Source: Chiloscyllium plagiosum
Taxonomy: Eukaryota
Direction of reading: 5' to 3'
NCBI RefSeq assembly: GCF_004010195.1
Contig: NC_057718.1
Span: 44,242,949-44,306,948, forward strand
Length of the DNA: 64,000 nucleotides
Positions 63,695-64,000 of the stretch are shown piece after piece. Numbering within the stretch: position 1 is the first letter of the stretch; each line of letters starts with the position of its first letter. The notes beneath the pieces were generated by a model, which ran no database searches, was not told the DNA's origin, and saw only the letters and a program-made list of their open reading frames with translations. A program made the translations under genes and the position numbers.

Positions 63695-63904
63695 AGGAGA
63701 AAGTGAGGTCTGCAGATGCTGGAGATCAGAGCTGAAAATGTGTTGCTGGAAAAGCGCAGCAGGTCAGGCAGCATCCAGGGAACAGGAGAATCGATGTTTC
63801 GGGCATAAGAAGGGCTGAAGAAGGGCTTATGCCCGAAACGTCGATTCTCCTGTTCCCTGGATGCTGCCTGACCTGCTGCGCTTTTCCAGCAACACATTTT
63901 CAGC
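63695..63904 (-). mobile_element. Young palindromic PLE pLTR mini-element with 15-bp TSD, inserted in an old minus-strand CR1
   Basis: Near-identical to 39227-39437 in opposite orientation. TSD TCATCTTACCACTTG at 63680-63694 and 63905-63919. Plus-strand hammerhead core CTGAAGAAGGGCTTATGCCCGAAACGTC at 63815-63842. Confidence 0.93.
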
Positions 63905-64000
63905 TCATCTTACCACTTGCCTTCCCACAATTTTTGTGGCATCTACAAACCTGGCTTTAGTACATTCACTTTCCTCATCCAAGTCACAAATTCATTGTAA

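Overview
Eukaryotic, AT-rich, repeat-dense DNA, most likely from a shark or ray (inferred from HE1-type V-SINEs and their partner CR1/HER1-type LINEs). I found no intact protein-coding gene. The window is mostly intronic sequence of a decayed USH2A (usherin) locus on the + strand. Two fibronectin-III exons are recognisable (7248-7601 and 51719-53532, matching human exons 61 and 63 as I recall them). Both are inactivated: frameshifts in both, a GT>AT donor mutation in the first, and stop codons plus a SINE insertion in the second. The rest is transposon debris: more than a dozen Penelope-like element (PLE) fragments, many with minimal hammerhead-ribozyme cores and several as short palindromes with target-site duplications (TSDs); nested CR1 LINEs; HE1 and other tRNA-derived SINEs; two Gypsy pol remnants; two Harbinger remnants; a Tigger-type MITE; and a 5'-anchored 18S rRNA pseudogene. 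Repeat-poor stretches with Pbx-Hox/Meis motifs are candidate conserved enhancers. All homologies were judged by eye against remembered sequences, with no database search, and the boundaries of old repeats are approximate.
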